NCBI GenBank assembly: GCA_016840085.1
Contig: JAEOTA010000043.1
Location: forward strand, 32,488 to 96,487
Source of the DNA: Promethearchaeota archaeon
GTDB taxonomy: Archaea; Asgardarchaeota; Lokiarchaeia; Sigyniarchaeales; SOKP01
DNA length: 64,000 nt
Direction: 5' to 3'
A program made the translations under genes and the position numbers. The notes below the pieces were generated by a model. The model searched no databases. It saw only the letters and a list, made by a program, of their open reading frames with translations, and was not told where the DNA came from. Positions 49,815 through 60,157 of the stretch are shown here, one piece after another (position 1 is the first letter of the stretch; the number at the start of each line of letters is the position of its first letter).

Positions 49815-50639
49815 ATGGGTTTATCTAATATTCTTGAAAAAAAGTTAACGAGTTTAATTTCTTTTTTAGACAGCAAAAAAGTAATAGTCGCTTTCTCAGG
49901 AGGGGTAGATAGCTCTCTATTAGCTTTCCTTTCGAAAAAATATTCTAAAGAGACGTTACTTATAACTGAACGTTCTATCCTTTATCCTGAAGAAGAAATT
50001 GAAGATGCAAGTCAATTCGCTAAAATTTTTAACATCCCTCATATGGTAATTGAAAGAGATCCTTTAGATGATAAGGATTTTCAATGTAATCCAGAAAATC
50101 GATGTTATATATGTAAAACTGGTTTATATAACGAGATACTTGAAATAAAGAAATCAAAAAATTTTGATGTAGTTGTAGATGGTTCAAATGTAGATGATCT
50201 TTCCGATTATAGACCGGGAATGCAAGCATTAAAAGAATTAAATATTTCTACTCCATATATCGATTACAAAATAAACAAAGAAGAAATAAGAGAAATAAGT
50301 AAATATTTTGATTTATATGTTCAATCAAAACCGTCAATGGCTTGTTTTTCTTCTCGAATTCCTTATGGACAAATAATAAATGAAGAAAAATTAAAAATGA
50401 TTCGAGAAGCTGAAAAATTCCTTAAAAGCAAATTTAATTTGACACAACTAAGAGTTAGACTGCATGAAGGAAAACTTGCGCGAATTGAATTCCTGCCAGA
50501 AGATATACCGAAAATCTTAACAATAGAAATTATTGATACAATTAAATTGAAATTAAAAGAACTTGGGTTTACTTACATAACTATAGATGTTGAAGGTTTT
50601 AGATCTGGTTCTTTGAATGAAATATTAGATTTAGATTAA
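49815..50639 (+). CDS. larE: ATP-dependent sulfur transferase LarE
   Basis: AFSGGVDS, N...RCY.CK, DG.N.DD..DYRPG, KPS.AC.SSR.PYG, LRVR.H, GFRSGSLN. Confidence 0.92.
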   Translation: MGLSNILEKKLTSLISFLDSKKVIVAFSGGVDSSLLAFLSKKYSKETLLITERSILYPEEEIEDASQFAKIFNIPHMVIERDPLDDKDFQCNPENRCYICKTGLYNEILEIKKSKNFDVVVDGSNVDDLSDYRPGMQALKELNISTPYIDYKINKEEIREISKYFDLYVQSKPSMACFSSRIPYGQIINEEKLKMIREAEKFLKSKFNLTQLRVRLHEGKLARIEFLPEDIPKILTIEIIDTIKLKLKELGFTYITIDVEGFRSGSLNEILDLD

Positions 50640-50648
50640 AAATAATAT

Positions 50649-52049
50649 TTAATTTTGTAATTTCACATGCTCAATTATCTTATTTCGCTTTTTTATAGCA
50701 TTTAAAGCGGCTTTTTCAATATTTTTTTCCATTTTTTCCATTGATTCCGGCATATCTTCCCCTATTTCCTTTTTAATTTTAGTATAAGCGGATTCTCGAA
50801 ATCGAGGTAAAATTTCTTTTTGTATATCCTCAGCAAATATCATTTTAACTTGATTTGTATCATCAACTAAACCAATTTCAGCGCATTTAATGTTTACTCT
50901 ACTCAAATCTGAAATAATCTTTTTTGAAGCAGATTCAGAGCAATAAATCAGTAATGCATCTAAAGATACTCCTAAATAGTCAACTCCTACATTTTCAAGT
51001 AATTCAAGAACAATCGGATTAACAAGCTTTCTTACTTCTTGTTCATAAATAACTACTCCACAATTAGCTTCATAATTAATTTCATATAAATCTCCTCTAA
51101 GACCCCCATTAGTAACGTCACACATTGCATGAATCTCATCAAAATATTCAGAATTTAGAATAATCTCACAGGCTTCAAGAAATTTAATATTCATAGTCTC
51201 CTTTACAACATGATGATTTCCTGAATATATCGCTGTTGTTGTTATTGTCCCCCCACCCGCACCCTCTGTCATCAAAATGTTATCTCCAACTTTAATATCC
51301 CTCCTTGCTAAAACTCGAGAACATATACCAACAGCACTAATTCCTCCCACTAAGCGGTTTCCAATAACCATATCACCTCCAATTCGAAGAGTTGAACCTG
51401 CTGTGATTGGAACCTTTGCTAATTCTGAAATTGCTGAAACTCCTGCCATGAAATCAAAAAGTTTCCCTACATCAGCATCATCTCCTAAATGTGTATCAAT
51501 CATTATCGAAATGGGCACCGCTCCTTTAACATATAAATCTCTAAGGCTCGCTCGAGTTACATGAAAACCACAGATAAATGGAAAATCACTTAAGCGGGAA
51601 TGGATACCCTCCATCTTAGACACAACTATTAGATCTTTATTGTTCAGAGAGATATTTTTGGTTTTTTTAATATCTTGTAAACGAACAGCTCCTGCATCGT
51701 CTAAAGATTTAGGGGATAAAAAGGCTTTAGATTTAGTCTCTGATAATTCAGCTATTAATTTGTGAACAAAAAAATCTCCCGCGCCTCTACACCCTATTCC
51801 TTGTTTGCCAACTGATACATTAGCTCTATTTATATCTAATAAGTCTTTAATGAAAGGATCAGATATTACTTTTATATCACTTCTTTGACATTCCTCCAAT
51901 ATGGCTTTAGCAAACTTAAATGCCGAACTCTCATTTATATTTTTAAAATCATGATATTCTTGTACTATTCTTTCGAGAATTTGTTGTTTAGAATACCCTT
52001 TTTTTATTAAATTCCTTGTTAATCCTTCTAAATCGCTCATATCGCTCAA
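50649..52049 (-). CDS. Archaeal AIR synthase (PurM/HypE)-related protein
   Basis: DLEG, G.GCRG.GDF..H, DDAG, GIHSRLS.FPF..GFHV.RA.LRD, DVTNGG.RGD, FRESAYT.IKK. Confidence 0.8.
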   Translation of the reverse strand: MSDMSDLEGLTRNLIKKGYSKQQILERIVQEYHDFKNINESSAFKFAKAILEECQRSDIKVISDPFIKDLLDINRANVSVGKQGIGCRGAGDFFVHKLIAELSETKSKAFLSPKSLDDAGAVRLQDIKKTKNISLNNKDLIVVSKMEGIHSRLSDFPFICGFHVTRASLRDLYVKGAVPISIMIDTHLGDDADVGKLFDFMAGVSAISELAKVPITAGSTLRIGGDMVIGNRLVGGISAVGICSRVLARRDIKVGDNILMTEGAGGGTITTTAIYSGNHHVVKETMNIKFLEACEIILNSEYFDEIHAMCDVTNGGLRGDLYEINYEANCGVVIYEQEVRKLVNPIVLELLENVGVDYLGVSLDALLIYCSESASKKIISDLSRVNIKCAEIGLVDDTNQVKMIFAEDIQKEILPRFRESAYTKIKKEIGEDMPESMEKMEKNIEKAALNAIKKRNKIIEHVKLQN

Positions 52050-52155
52050 ATCCTTCTAAAACACTAAAATCTATGAATAAAAGTATATAATACATTTAAA
52101 TTGTTTTGAAAATTTCTATTTATAGTTGAAAGTTCTTTTTTTAAAAAAATATAAT

Positions 52156-53166
52156 ATGACTTCTTTAAGAATAACAACTCCTTGTCGCATCCACCTTTCA
52201 TTAATAGATGAGAATGGGTATACTGGCAGGGTTGATGGTGGTATTGGCCTTATGTTGGACCGTCCTAATGTAGTATTTGAAGCCTCTAACAACGCTGAAG
52301 AGTTTAAAATTGAAGCTCTTAAATATTACCGAGAATCAATTGAGGTTATAAATGAAATAGCCTCTAAGGTATTTAAAACCTTCAATATTAGTAATAAAAA
52401 CTTTCACTTCAATCTTAAAAGATACTTCCCTTCACACATAGGTTTGGGCTCAAAAACTCAATTGTCTTTAGCTATTGCCACCGCTATAACAAAATTGAAA
52501 AATATTTCTAACTTGACCACAACCCAATTAACTAAATTAGTCGAAAGAGGTGGGACTTCTGGAATTGGGTGGAAGGGCTTTGAAACTGGAGGCTTTATTT
52601 TAGATGGTGGACATGATTTTGGAAAAGGTAAAGAAAAAGAAACATTTTTACCCTCATCTGCCTCAAATTCAGCCAACCCTGCATTAACACTTTTTAGACA
52701 TGATATCCCCCCGAATTGGAGGTTTGTTCTTGTAATTCCCAGTGTAAAGAAAGGGGTATATGGTGATGAAGAAGTTAGTGTATTTCAAAATTATGCGCCA
52801 ATTCCAAGAAATGAGGTAAATGAAGTTTCTCATCAGATAATAATGAAAATTATTCCCTCATTAATTAATAATGACTTAAGTGGTTTTGGGGAGGGTCTAA
52901 AACGAATTCAATCTATTGGTTTTAAAAAAATTGAAATTAGTTTGCAACACCAAGTAGTAAAAGATATATTAAATTTTTTCGATGAATATGGTCTAAAAGC
53001 TTACGGAATGTCATCTTTTGGACCAAGTGTTATAGGAATTGTTGAATCTGATTCTGAGGCAGTAGACTTATTAAAAACGGTTCAAAAGAATCGTAAAAAT
53101 AGAGGAGGTCATATTTATATCTGTAAACCTAATAATAAGGGGGCTAAAATAGAATATTTAGATTGA
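52156..53166 (+). CDS. mptG: Beta-ribofuranosylaminobenzene 5'-phosphate (RFAP) synthase
   Basis: TP.R.H.SLID, RVDGG.G, H.GLGS.TQ..L, RGGTSGIG..F..GGFI.DGGH, GMSSFGP. Confidence 0.9.
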   Translation: MTSLRITTPCRIHLSLIDENGYTGRVDGGIGLMLDRPNVVFEASNNAEEFKIEALKYYRESIEVINEIASKVFKTFNISNKNFHFNLKRYFPSHIGLGSKTQLSLAIATAITKLKNISNLTTTQLTKLVERGGTSGIGWKGFETGGFILDGGHDFGKGKEKETFLPSSASNSANPALTLFRHDIPPNWRFVLVIPSVKKGVYGDEEVSVFQNYAPIPRNEVNEVSHQIIMKIIPSLINNDLSGFGEGLKRIQSIGFKKIEISLQHQVVKDILNFFDEYGLKAYGMSSFGPSVIGIVESDSEAVDLLKTVQKNRKNRGGHIYICKPNNKGAKIEYLD

Positions 53167-53172
53167 TTTTAA

Positions 53173-53565
53173 ATGCCTAAAACTAATACAAAAATTTATT
53201 TTTCACCTGCTCTAAGTGAGAGAGAAAGAGCGTGTTTTGAAACTGGTATTAAATTAGGTGCATTATATCATATACTTAGTGGAATCCCTATTAAAAATGA
53301 CGAAAAAGTTATTAATTCTATAGAAAGAGGTATAGAATCGGCTATTTCATGTCAACCCTATGTAAAATCTGTAAAAATTCATTTAAATCGGGAAAAAATA
53401 TCTGGGACTAAAACAACTGAATTTGATTATGATGAGATTACAAGGAAATTAATTGGAGCAGAATTAATTGTTGAGTATGAGTCTGTTTATGTGGTGGCAA
53501 AAGTCGAATGGATTGATGAATTGGAATATCCTCTAATGTTTATTGAAAAAATTAATGAAAAGTAA
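53173..53565 (+). CDS. mptD: Archaeal dihydroneopterin aldolase
   Basis: RERA.FE.GIKLGALYH, IE..IS.QPYV, L.YPLM. Confidence 0.88.
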   Translation: MPKTNTKIYFSPALSERERACFETGIKLGALYHILSGIPIKNDEKVINSIERGIESAISCQPYVKSVKIHLNREKISGTKTTEFDYDEITRKLIGAELIVEYESVYVVAKVEWIDELEYPLMFIEKINEK

Positions 53566-54276
53566 TTAATCTATTAACTTACTGATATAATTTCTTACTA
53601 ATTCTATAGCTTTTAATACCCTTTCATTTCTTCCAAATCTTCCAATATTATTCATATGATCTCTCATTTTTTCATGGAGCTTAAAAAATAGACGTTGATT
53701 TTGTTGTTCTTTAGCAAATTTTAAGCGAGTTGCTAAAATTATTGTTTCTAAAGCTAGATTTTCTGCTCTATTAAATAATTTATAAGATTCTTGAATTTTT
53801 TCGGTAAAAATGACATCTAACTTAAATATTGGTATAAATATTTCTCCTAAATCATCTGTTTTAGTTTTTTGGAATTCTTGTAGAACCTTACATATTAAAA
53901 TACCCCATGCTTTCTTTATGTATGGTATATCCATCGCAAGAGGCTCGAGATATTTGAATGAATAATATTTCGATGGAAAATCGCTTAAAATTATAGGGGG
54001 ATTAGGATCTTTTAATGCAGCAAGAGCATATAAATATATATCATCAACGAAATTAATAATAATTATACTGTTGGCTTTTAAATTTTTATAGGTAGATGTT
54101 GTATAAAAAGGAGTTATCTGTAATTTATTTCCTTCTATCAATCTAATGCCCATACAAGAAACATTAGGCTTAATTGCCGTTTCATCATCAGTAATCGAAT
54201 ATGTTGTAGCTAAAATTTCATATAAATAATCTCTTTTTAGCCCAAAATTTTCTGGATTAAAACTCATAGGAAGCAT
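53566..54276 (-). CDS. DUF447 family protein (methanopterin biosynthesis associated)
   Basis: E.LATT, PN...MGI, S.TY.NL, NRA....LE..I.ATR. Confidence 0.8.
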   Translation of the reverse strand: MLPMSFNPENFGLKRDYLYEILATTYSITDDETAIKPNVSCMGIRLIEGNKLQITPFYTTSTYKNLKANSIIIINFVDDIYLYALAALKDPNPPIILSDFPSKYYSFKYLEPLAMDIPYIKKAWGILICKVLQEFQKTKTDDLGEIFIPIFKLDVIFTEKIQESYKLFNRAENLALETIILATRLKFAKEQQNQRLFFKLHEKMRDHMNNIGRFGRNERVLKAIELVRNYISKLID

Positions 54277-54610
54277 TAAGATTATATTTTTAATTAGCTA
54301 GTTTTTCATTATTATTAACATTTTTATCTTCTTTTTTTACTAAACCCGACCATCGCACATTTTTAGCACCAGTAGATTCTGCAATGTGATAGAAATGCTC
54401 TATTTCATTCCTAGACATCATTGAAAAATCTTTTAAGGTCCAATCCATATCCAATCTATCATATTTAGCAATACATAAGTTATTAAAAGCTTATTATCTA
54501 ATTCCCCATGCACAGCAATGGTTCCATTTTCTAGCTATTGGTAGATTCTTCTATCAAATACTATTATTTAATATGCAATATAAATAATTTTTTATCTTTT
54601 TTATTATAAA

Positions 54611-54861
54611 AATGATTTATTTTCAGAATATGAAATTCGATATAAAGGAGAACGATTTAATTCTCAATTTTATGTAATAGATTTTAGACACATTTATCCA
54701 TTACGATGTGATGGAATTACTCATTATAAAATAGATGATATGATATTACAGTCCAAATGTCTAAACTGACACCTATTACAAGAAAAACTTTGGGCGAAAA
54801 ATTGGCTTATTATTTCGGAAGACCCGCTGAAGAAGTTGAAATTATCCTTTCAACTTCATAA
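54611..54861 (+). pseudogene. Frameshifted C-terminal fragment of a hypothetical protein
   Basis: ...YVIDFRHIYPL...SKCL / LTPITRKTLGEKLAYYFGRPAEE in two frames; no intact start. Confidence 0.45.
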
Positions 54862-54935
54862 ACAGCACTGTCTAATTTTAATTCTAAGTTAAAATTAGGT
54901 TTAATTTTTAAACCTAAACCTAGAAAGGAATATAT

Positions 54936-55274
54936 ATGTTAAAAAGCCCTAAGATATATAATAGATTAGACCAAATTAGGAAAATAATTTGTGCAAGACA
55001 AGTAATTCTTGCAAAGAGAGATGGTCTACCACTGCAATGGGCGGGGAATTGGTATTCGATTTATGAGTTAGTTAATATAAGTTATCAAGTATCACTTATT
55101 TATAAAAATTCTAAAGATTTCAACTCAGAAGGTATTAAATATACCATCATTGATGGAAAGCGGGAAAGCTCTATTATTATCCCCCTACAAGTTAAAATAT
55201 GTTGTAAAATTAGTGGAATGCATAAAAAAGTTGAATTAATATGTGAGAAATTTCTTTTATTCAATCATTCTTAA
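54936..55274 (+). pseudogene. Degenerate or truncated roadblock/LC7-like gene
   Basis: L..I......VILAKRDGLPL roadblock-like strand-turn; later part loses the pattern; lies among debris. Confidence 0.45.
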
Positions 55275-55375
55275 TCGGAATCGCCCCATTATAATACTTT
55301 AATATAAAAAATTAATCTACACTAAACTTAATTTGTTAAATCAGGAAAAAACTAGATTATGAATAATAAATGAGA

Positions 55376-55419
55376 ACAATTGTAGAACGATCTAAATCAA
55401 TCAATTTACATATAAGCAG
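55376..55419. repeat. Non-coding repeat, copy 1 (partial, diverged)
   Basis: ACAATTGTAGAACGATCTAAATCAATCAATTTACATATAAGCAG matches 60014-60058. Confidence 0.75.
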
Positions 55420-55670
55420 ATTAAAATTAAAAAATGTCTGAGAAATTGCTCTATATAGTATAATTTTTACTATTTTTTATTTCTCGGTAAAAATAAATCC
55501 TATCGTTAATAAAACATTTTCAGCTTTTTTAATCTTTCACATATTTATTATTTTCTCTTATTTTTAACTTAAGTTTAACTTCAATCGATTGAATATTCAT
55601 TTCAAAACATTATCTTATTAATTATATCTTTATTTAAAAAAAAAGTTTAATAAGGATTTTATAGTTGGAT

Positions 55671-57299
55671 CTATCTGTTTTTAGATTTTTCATATTTCTT
55701 ATAAGTTATTAATACAACTAACGGTAAACAGAATAATAATAGAACCATATTATATCCTGAAATACTTGGTTGCTGATCTTGTGGCTCATCGGAAGGTTCA
55801 TCAGGGGGCTCATCGGAAGGTTCATCAGGTGGTTCGTCTGGAGATTCATCTTGTTGAGGGTCATTTGGGTCCAAAGGATCATATCCATTGTCCACTTCAA
55901 ATCCATCATTATATCCATCTCCATCGGTGTCTGGATTATTTGGATCAGTAAAATATACATTTATCTCTCGCCAATCGCTCAATCCATCGCTATCAGTGTC
56001 TGGATCGACTCTAAATTTAACTAGACAAAATGTCCCAAATTCTCCAAAAGCATACCATCCTGTTGTATAAATACTATTCTCTGAATCTATATCTAAACCA
56101 ACCCACTTTTTCTCAGCAATCCAGTGTGTTAAACATCCATATTCAACTATTTTTCCTAATGAATTGTATTTTAATAAATTAAAACAATAATATGTTCCAA
56201 AGAAAGTACCAGCTCCAATAATATATATGTTATCGAGGGAATCAATTAGTATTTTTAGAAATCGGGTAACAACCGAATCATCAAATGTTATATTCCATTG
56301 CTCTTGACCATTACTATTATATTTAACCATAAATGCATAATCATTATGTGTAATAAGACTATCACTATAACCAATAACATAGATATTGTTGTTTGAATCT
56401 ACAGCAACACCTTTTCCCTCATCAATATCATTTCCACCCCAAGTATTGGCCCATAATAATGTTCCTGAAGTATCATATTTTAATAAGCACATTTGTCGAT
56501 AGTATGAACTGATATAGATCCATCCTGTAATATAAATATTATCGTAATCATCGATTTCAATCGTATAACCATTATCAATAATAGTTCCTCCCCATGTTTT
56601 ATACCATTTAAAATTGCCATTCCTATCATACTTTATTAAAATAATATCTACACTTGGAGTATAACTATCAGATTCTCCAACTATATATACATCCCCTAAT
56701 GAATCACAGCTTACATCATTACCAATATCCCTGATATCAAAACCTGTTAGACCCCAAGTTCTAAGCCACAAAAAATTACCCCCTTCATCATATTTTATAA
56801 GAAAGATATTATGATTCACATTAGGGGTACCAGCTTGATCTGTATAGTATCCAGTGATAAAGATATCATTGTATTTATTTATACAGATGCCTCCAGCTCT
56901 AAGTTCGCTCAATCCTCCATCCCAAGTACGATTCCACAGAAGCCCTCCTTCTTTATTATATTTCTCAAGATATAATTTTTCATTATGAGGGTAATCTTTT
57001 AAACCAAGATTATATATATTATCATTTTTATCAACTACTGCATCTACTCCATAGTCATTAAGCCCATTATCCATAGTAATTGCTGTACGATTCCATTCAT
57101 AAACTAAGGAAATGTTACCAATAAAAATTGGAACACGTATTTCTGATAGTTTAGGATTATTTTGATATGAGTTTTCATTAAATTTGTCCTCAATATTACC
57201 ATTTCTAAATTGAAATAATGAAAAATAAGGTATTAGGATACACACTAAATAAAATACTATTAGAATAGAACTAATGATACTTTTTTGCCTGTTTATCAT
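55671..57299 (-). CDS. Surface protein: SBBP beta-propeller + TSP3-like Ca-binding repeats + PDE linker + Loki-CTERM-like anchor
   Basis: Repeated D..NIYI.G / L.KY...G...W..TWGG; DTDSDGLSD..E, DTDGDGYNDG.E; PDEP/SDEP repeats; ISGY-TM-KK. Confidence 0.85.
   Translation of the reverse strand: MINRQKSIISSILIVFYLVCILIPYFSLFQFRNGNIEDKFNENSYQNNPKLSEIRVPIFIGNISLVYEWNRTAITMDNGLNDYGVDAVVDKNDNIYNLGLKDYPHNEKLYLEKYNKEGGLLWNRTWDGGLSELRAGGICINKYNDIFITGYYTDQAGTPNVNHNIFLIKYDEGGNFLWLRTWGLTGFDIRDIGNDVSCDSLGDVYIVGESDSYTPSVDIILIKYDRNGNFKWYKTWGGTIIDNGYTIEIDDYDNIYITGWIYISSYYRQMCLLKYDTSGTLLWANTWGGNDIDEGKGVAVDSNNNIYVIGYSDSLITHNDYAFMVKYNSNGQEQWNITFDDSVVTRFLKILIDSLDNIYIIGAGTFFGTYYCFNLLKYNSLGKIVEYGCLTHWIAEKKWVGLDIDSENSIYTTGWYAFGEFGTFCLVKFRVDPDTDSDGLSDWREINVYFTDPNNPDTDGDGYNDGFEVDNGYDPLDPNDPQQDESPDEPPDEPSDEPPDEPSDEPQDQQPSISGYNMVLLLFCLPLVVLITYKKYEKSKNR
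55783..55841. repeat. 12/24-bp coding tandem repeat (PDEP/SDEP linker)
   Basis: GGCTCATCGGAAGGTTCATCAGG x2 plus a degenerate unit. Confidence 0.85.
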
Positions 57300-57366
57300 T
57301 TTAATCCCCCAAATTTATATTTCCCTCTTTATAAAATTATAATTTTATATTAATTTTTTGTCTTAT

Positions 57367-57426
57367 TTATCAATAAGATCTTTTTTTATTTAAATATAGA
57401 CAGTTGTAGAATGATCTAAATTAATT
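57367..57426. repeat. Non-coding repeat, copy 2 (upstream of 55671-57299)
   Basis: 59/60 identical to 59981-60040; contains minus-strand TTTAAATA. Confidence 0.92.
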
Positions 57427-57826
57427 CAAATGGAAAATAAATAATCGGTCTCAATGTGATAGAAAATGTTTGAGGAGTTGCCCTTTATAATAAGGTTTTT
57501 GCTGTTTTCTATTATCCTCTATCAATTTATTCATGATTTTTTAATTAAAATTCAAAATATATCTATTTGGATAGAGTGTCTAAATAATTATTTTTAATAA
57601 TAGGAGGAAGTTTTAAAACTTATATAAACATTAGGAATATTTTAGATATCATTTCACTTACAATATATCAAAATTCTTAAATGACATAAAATCACTTATT
57701 ATTATTTAGATTTTCAAATATAAATGTTTGAAGGATAACCAACTTCTTTTAATTTAACTGTTATTGAACTCAACTTAGATACTATATTGTTATTTTCAAA
57801 AATAATATTACTAATTAATAAATAGA

Positions 57827-59881
57827 TTAGTTTAAATAGAAAAATATATTTTTCTGTCGTCCGTATACTAGAAAGATGATACCAAATAGTAAAAAAACTC
57901 CTCCTGATGGTAGATGCCTTGATAAAAAAGGTAAGTACCAATAAGCTCCTAATCCCTGCGAGACTATTAATCCATAAATTAGTGATATAATTCCTAATAC
58001 AATATTACAATATCCAATGCTAACCCAACTCTTTGCACGTTTGGTATTTTTCACTTTTATAATATTTTGTCTTTTTATTTCATTTTCAATAAACTTCATT
58101 TTCTCAGAATCAGGAATAATTCTTTCAGTAAATATGGTGTTTATCCAGTCTCGATATGAAATCCATTCAGTGTCTATCTCAGATTTTATGTATCCATCTT
58201 TATTATATCTGAAATAGTTCTTTAGCTTAGAACCAAATTTCATTCGTAATATAATTAGTGCGATAATACCTATCAATAGAGTAATTGAATATGGCGTTAA
58301 TGTTCTAATCCATGGTAAAGCTACGGAAGAGACGTGTTTAAGACCTGGAATAAATACAAAAAGAGCTATAGTAACTATTATAAATGCAACGCTTAGAAAG
58401 AATAATAATATTTTGCTAATAAACCATATTTGAAACCTTTTTCTGCACTTATAACATGTAGGTATTACACCGTGACTTTTATATTCAAATATACCCCCTT
58501 CTTTTGTCCCACATTTAATACATTTTAAATGACTAAATGGACTTCGCCTTGCCATTTCCGTGTATTTCTTCAATTTTAATTCTCTCTTAATTTCTCTTAC
58601 TGAAACATCTCTTTTCCTTAGTATTAAATACCCTCCTATAACAAACATTATTATAACAATTGGGATTAAGATTGCTAGGAATAAGAGCAAGTTAAAGCCT
58701 CTAGATGGCATTTTCCACAATGCTCTATAAAAATATAATAGGTGCCCCTCCCAATTTCCTGCTACGATATAGGAACCATCTGAAGATATGTCAACACTAC
58801 ATACGGGATTACCAGTATCATACTTCTTTAATGGCTTTGAATTATTTTTACTAAATAAATATACATTATAATCTTTACTTCCCGCTACAATATAATTTCC
58901 ATCAGAGGATATAGCAACATTTAACACCCAGTCATTAGTGGTATATTTCCAAATTGGAGTAGTTCCATTATTATTAAATAAATAAATATTATTATCATCC
59001 CTACTCCCTGCTACAATATAATTTCCATCTGAGGATATACCCACTTCACATACATAACTATTAGTTTCATATACCCAAATTGGTATAGAATTATTCTTGG
59101 TGAACAAATAGATATTAATTCCCCCCACCACAATGTAATTCCCATCTGAAGATATTGCAACACAATTAATAGTTTTGTTGCTAAAATTCCAAATTGGTGT
59201 AGAACTATTCTTATTAAATAAATACAAACTTTCCCAACCTCCCATTCTAAAACTTCCTCCCGCTATTATATATTTTCCATCAGAAGAAATTGCTACACTA
59301 TATAAATCTGCATTTGCAGTATAACTCCAAATTGGTGTAGAACTATTCCTATTGAATAAATATATTCTATAATCTCTCCCTCCAGCCACTATATAATTCC
59401 CATCTGATGAAATTGCTACACTCATTACAACTTCGTTAGTTGTAAAAGTCCATAAAGGTGAAGGATTTGATCGATCGAAAAAATAAATTTTATTATCATT
59501 ACTCCCAATTACAAAGTATTTTCCGTCTGATGAAATTGCTAGATCCATAGTTATACCATTCAATTTGTAACTCCAAATTGGTATAGAACTTGATCGATTA
59601 AACAAATAAATCTCATTAATATTATCACCTCCTACTACAATGTAATTTCCGTCGGAAGATATTGCTAAAGTGATTTGAGGGGAATCATTTGTTTTGAAAT
59701 CCCATATTGGTGAATTTGAGATCTTTAATTTATCCTTAGTGGAGTTATCAATTTGATTATAGTTCAAATCTAAGAATGAAGAATTAAATTTGCTTAAATT
59801 TTGGGTAGAGAAACTCATTATGATTAAAATTGATATAACAATTATAAAGATACTTTTATAAATTTCTTTATATTGACTCAT
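57827..59881 (-). CDS. 8-bladed WD40/PQQ-like beta-propeller fused to a multipass membrane region with zinc finger
   Basis: Eight (A/G/D)ISSDG.Y.V.G repeats, TM, CIKC..CYKC, four further hydrophobic segments. Confidence 0.85.
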   Translation of the reverse strand: MSQYKEIYKSIFIIVISILIIMSFSTQNLSKFNSSFLDLNYNQIDNSTKDKLKISNSPIWDFKTNDSPQITLAISSDGNYIVVGGDNINEIYLFNRSSSIPIWSYKLNGITMDLAISSDGKYFVIGSNDNKIYFFDRSNPSPLWTFTTNEVVMSVAISSDGNYIVAGGRDYRIYLFNRNSSTPIWSYTANADLYSVAISSDGKYIIAGGSFRMGGWESLYLFNKNSSTPIWNFSNKTINCVAISSDGNYIVVGGINIYLFTKNNSIPIWVYETNSYVCEVGISSDGNYIVAGSRDDNNIYLFNNNGTTPIWKYTTNDWVLNVAISSDGNYIVAGSKDYNVYLFSKNNSKPLKKYDTGNPVCSVDISSDGSYIVAGNWEGHLLYFYRALWKMPSRGFNLLLFLAILIPIVIIMFVIGGYLILRKRDVSVREIKRELKLKKYTEMARRSPFSHLKCIKCGTKEGGIFEYKSHGVIPTCYKCRKRFQIWFISKILLFFLSVAFIIVTIALFVFIPGLKHVSSVALPWIRTLTPYSITLLIGIIALIILRMKFGSKLKNYFRYNKDGYIKSEIDTEWISYRDWINTIFTERIIPDSEKMKFIENEIKRQNIIKVKNTKRAKSWVSIGYCNIVLGIISLIYGLIVSQGLGAYWYLPFLSRHLPSGGVFLLFGIIFLVYGRQKNIFFYLN

Positions 59882-59980
59882 ACTTAATTACTCCTGACCT
59901 TTATCAACTTCGATTATTTTTTAGAAAAAAGATTAAATCTCTTTTTTTCATTTAATTTTCAATTCTTATTTTTGTCTTGG

Positions 59981-60058
59981 TTATCAATAAGATCTTTTTT
60001 TATTTAAATATATACAGTTGTAGAATGATCTAAATTAATTTAATTTACATACAAGCAG
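59981..60058. repeat. Non-coding repeat, copy 3 (upstream of 57827-59881)
   Basis: Matches copy 2 (59981-60040) and copy 1 (60014-60058). Confidence 0.92.
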
Positions 60059-60157
60059 TATATAATCATTCAAAATTGCCTTAATTTGGTGCTTTTAAAA
60101 TAAAGTTTAAAAAAATTAAAAATGGTGTGAAAAATAGAACCTGAATTTTACCATTCT

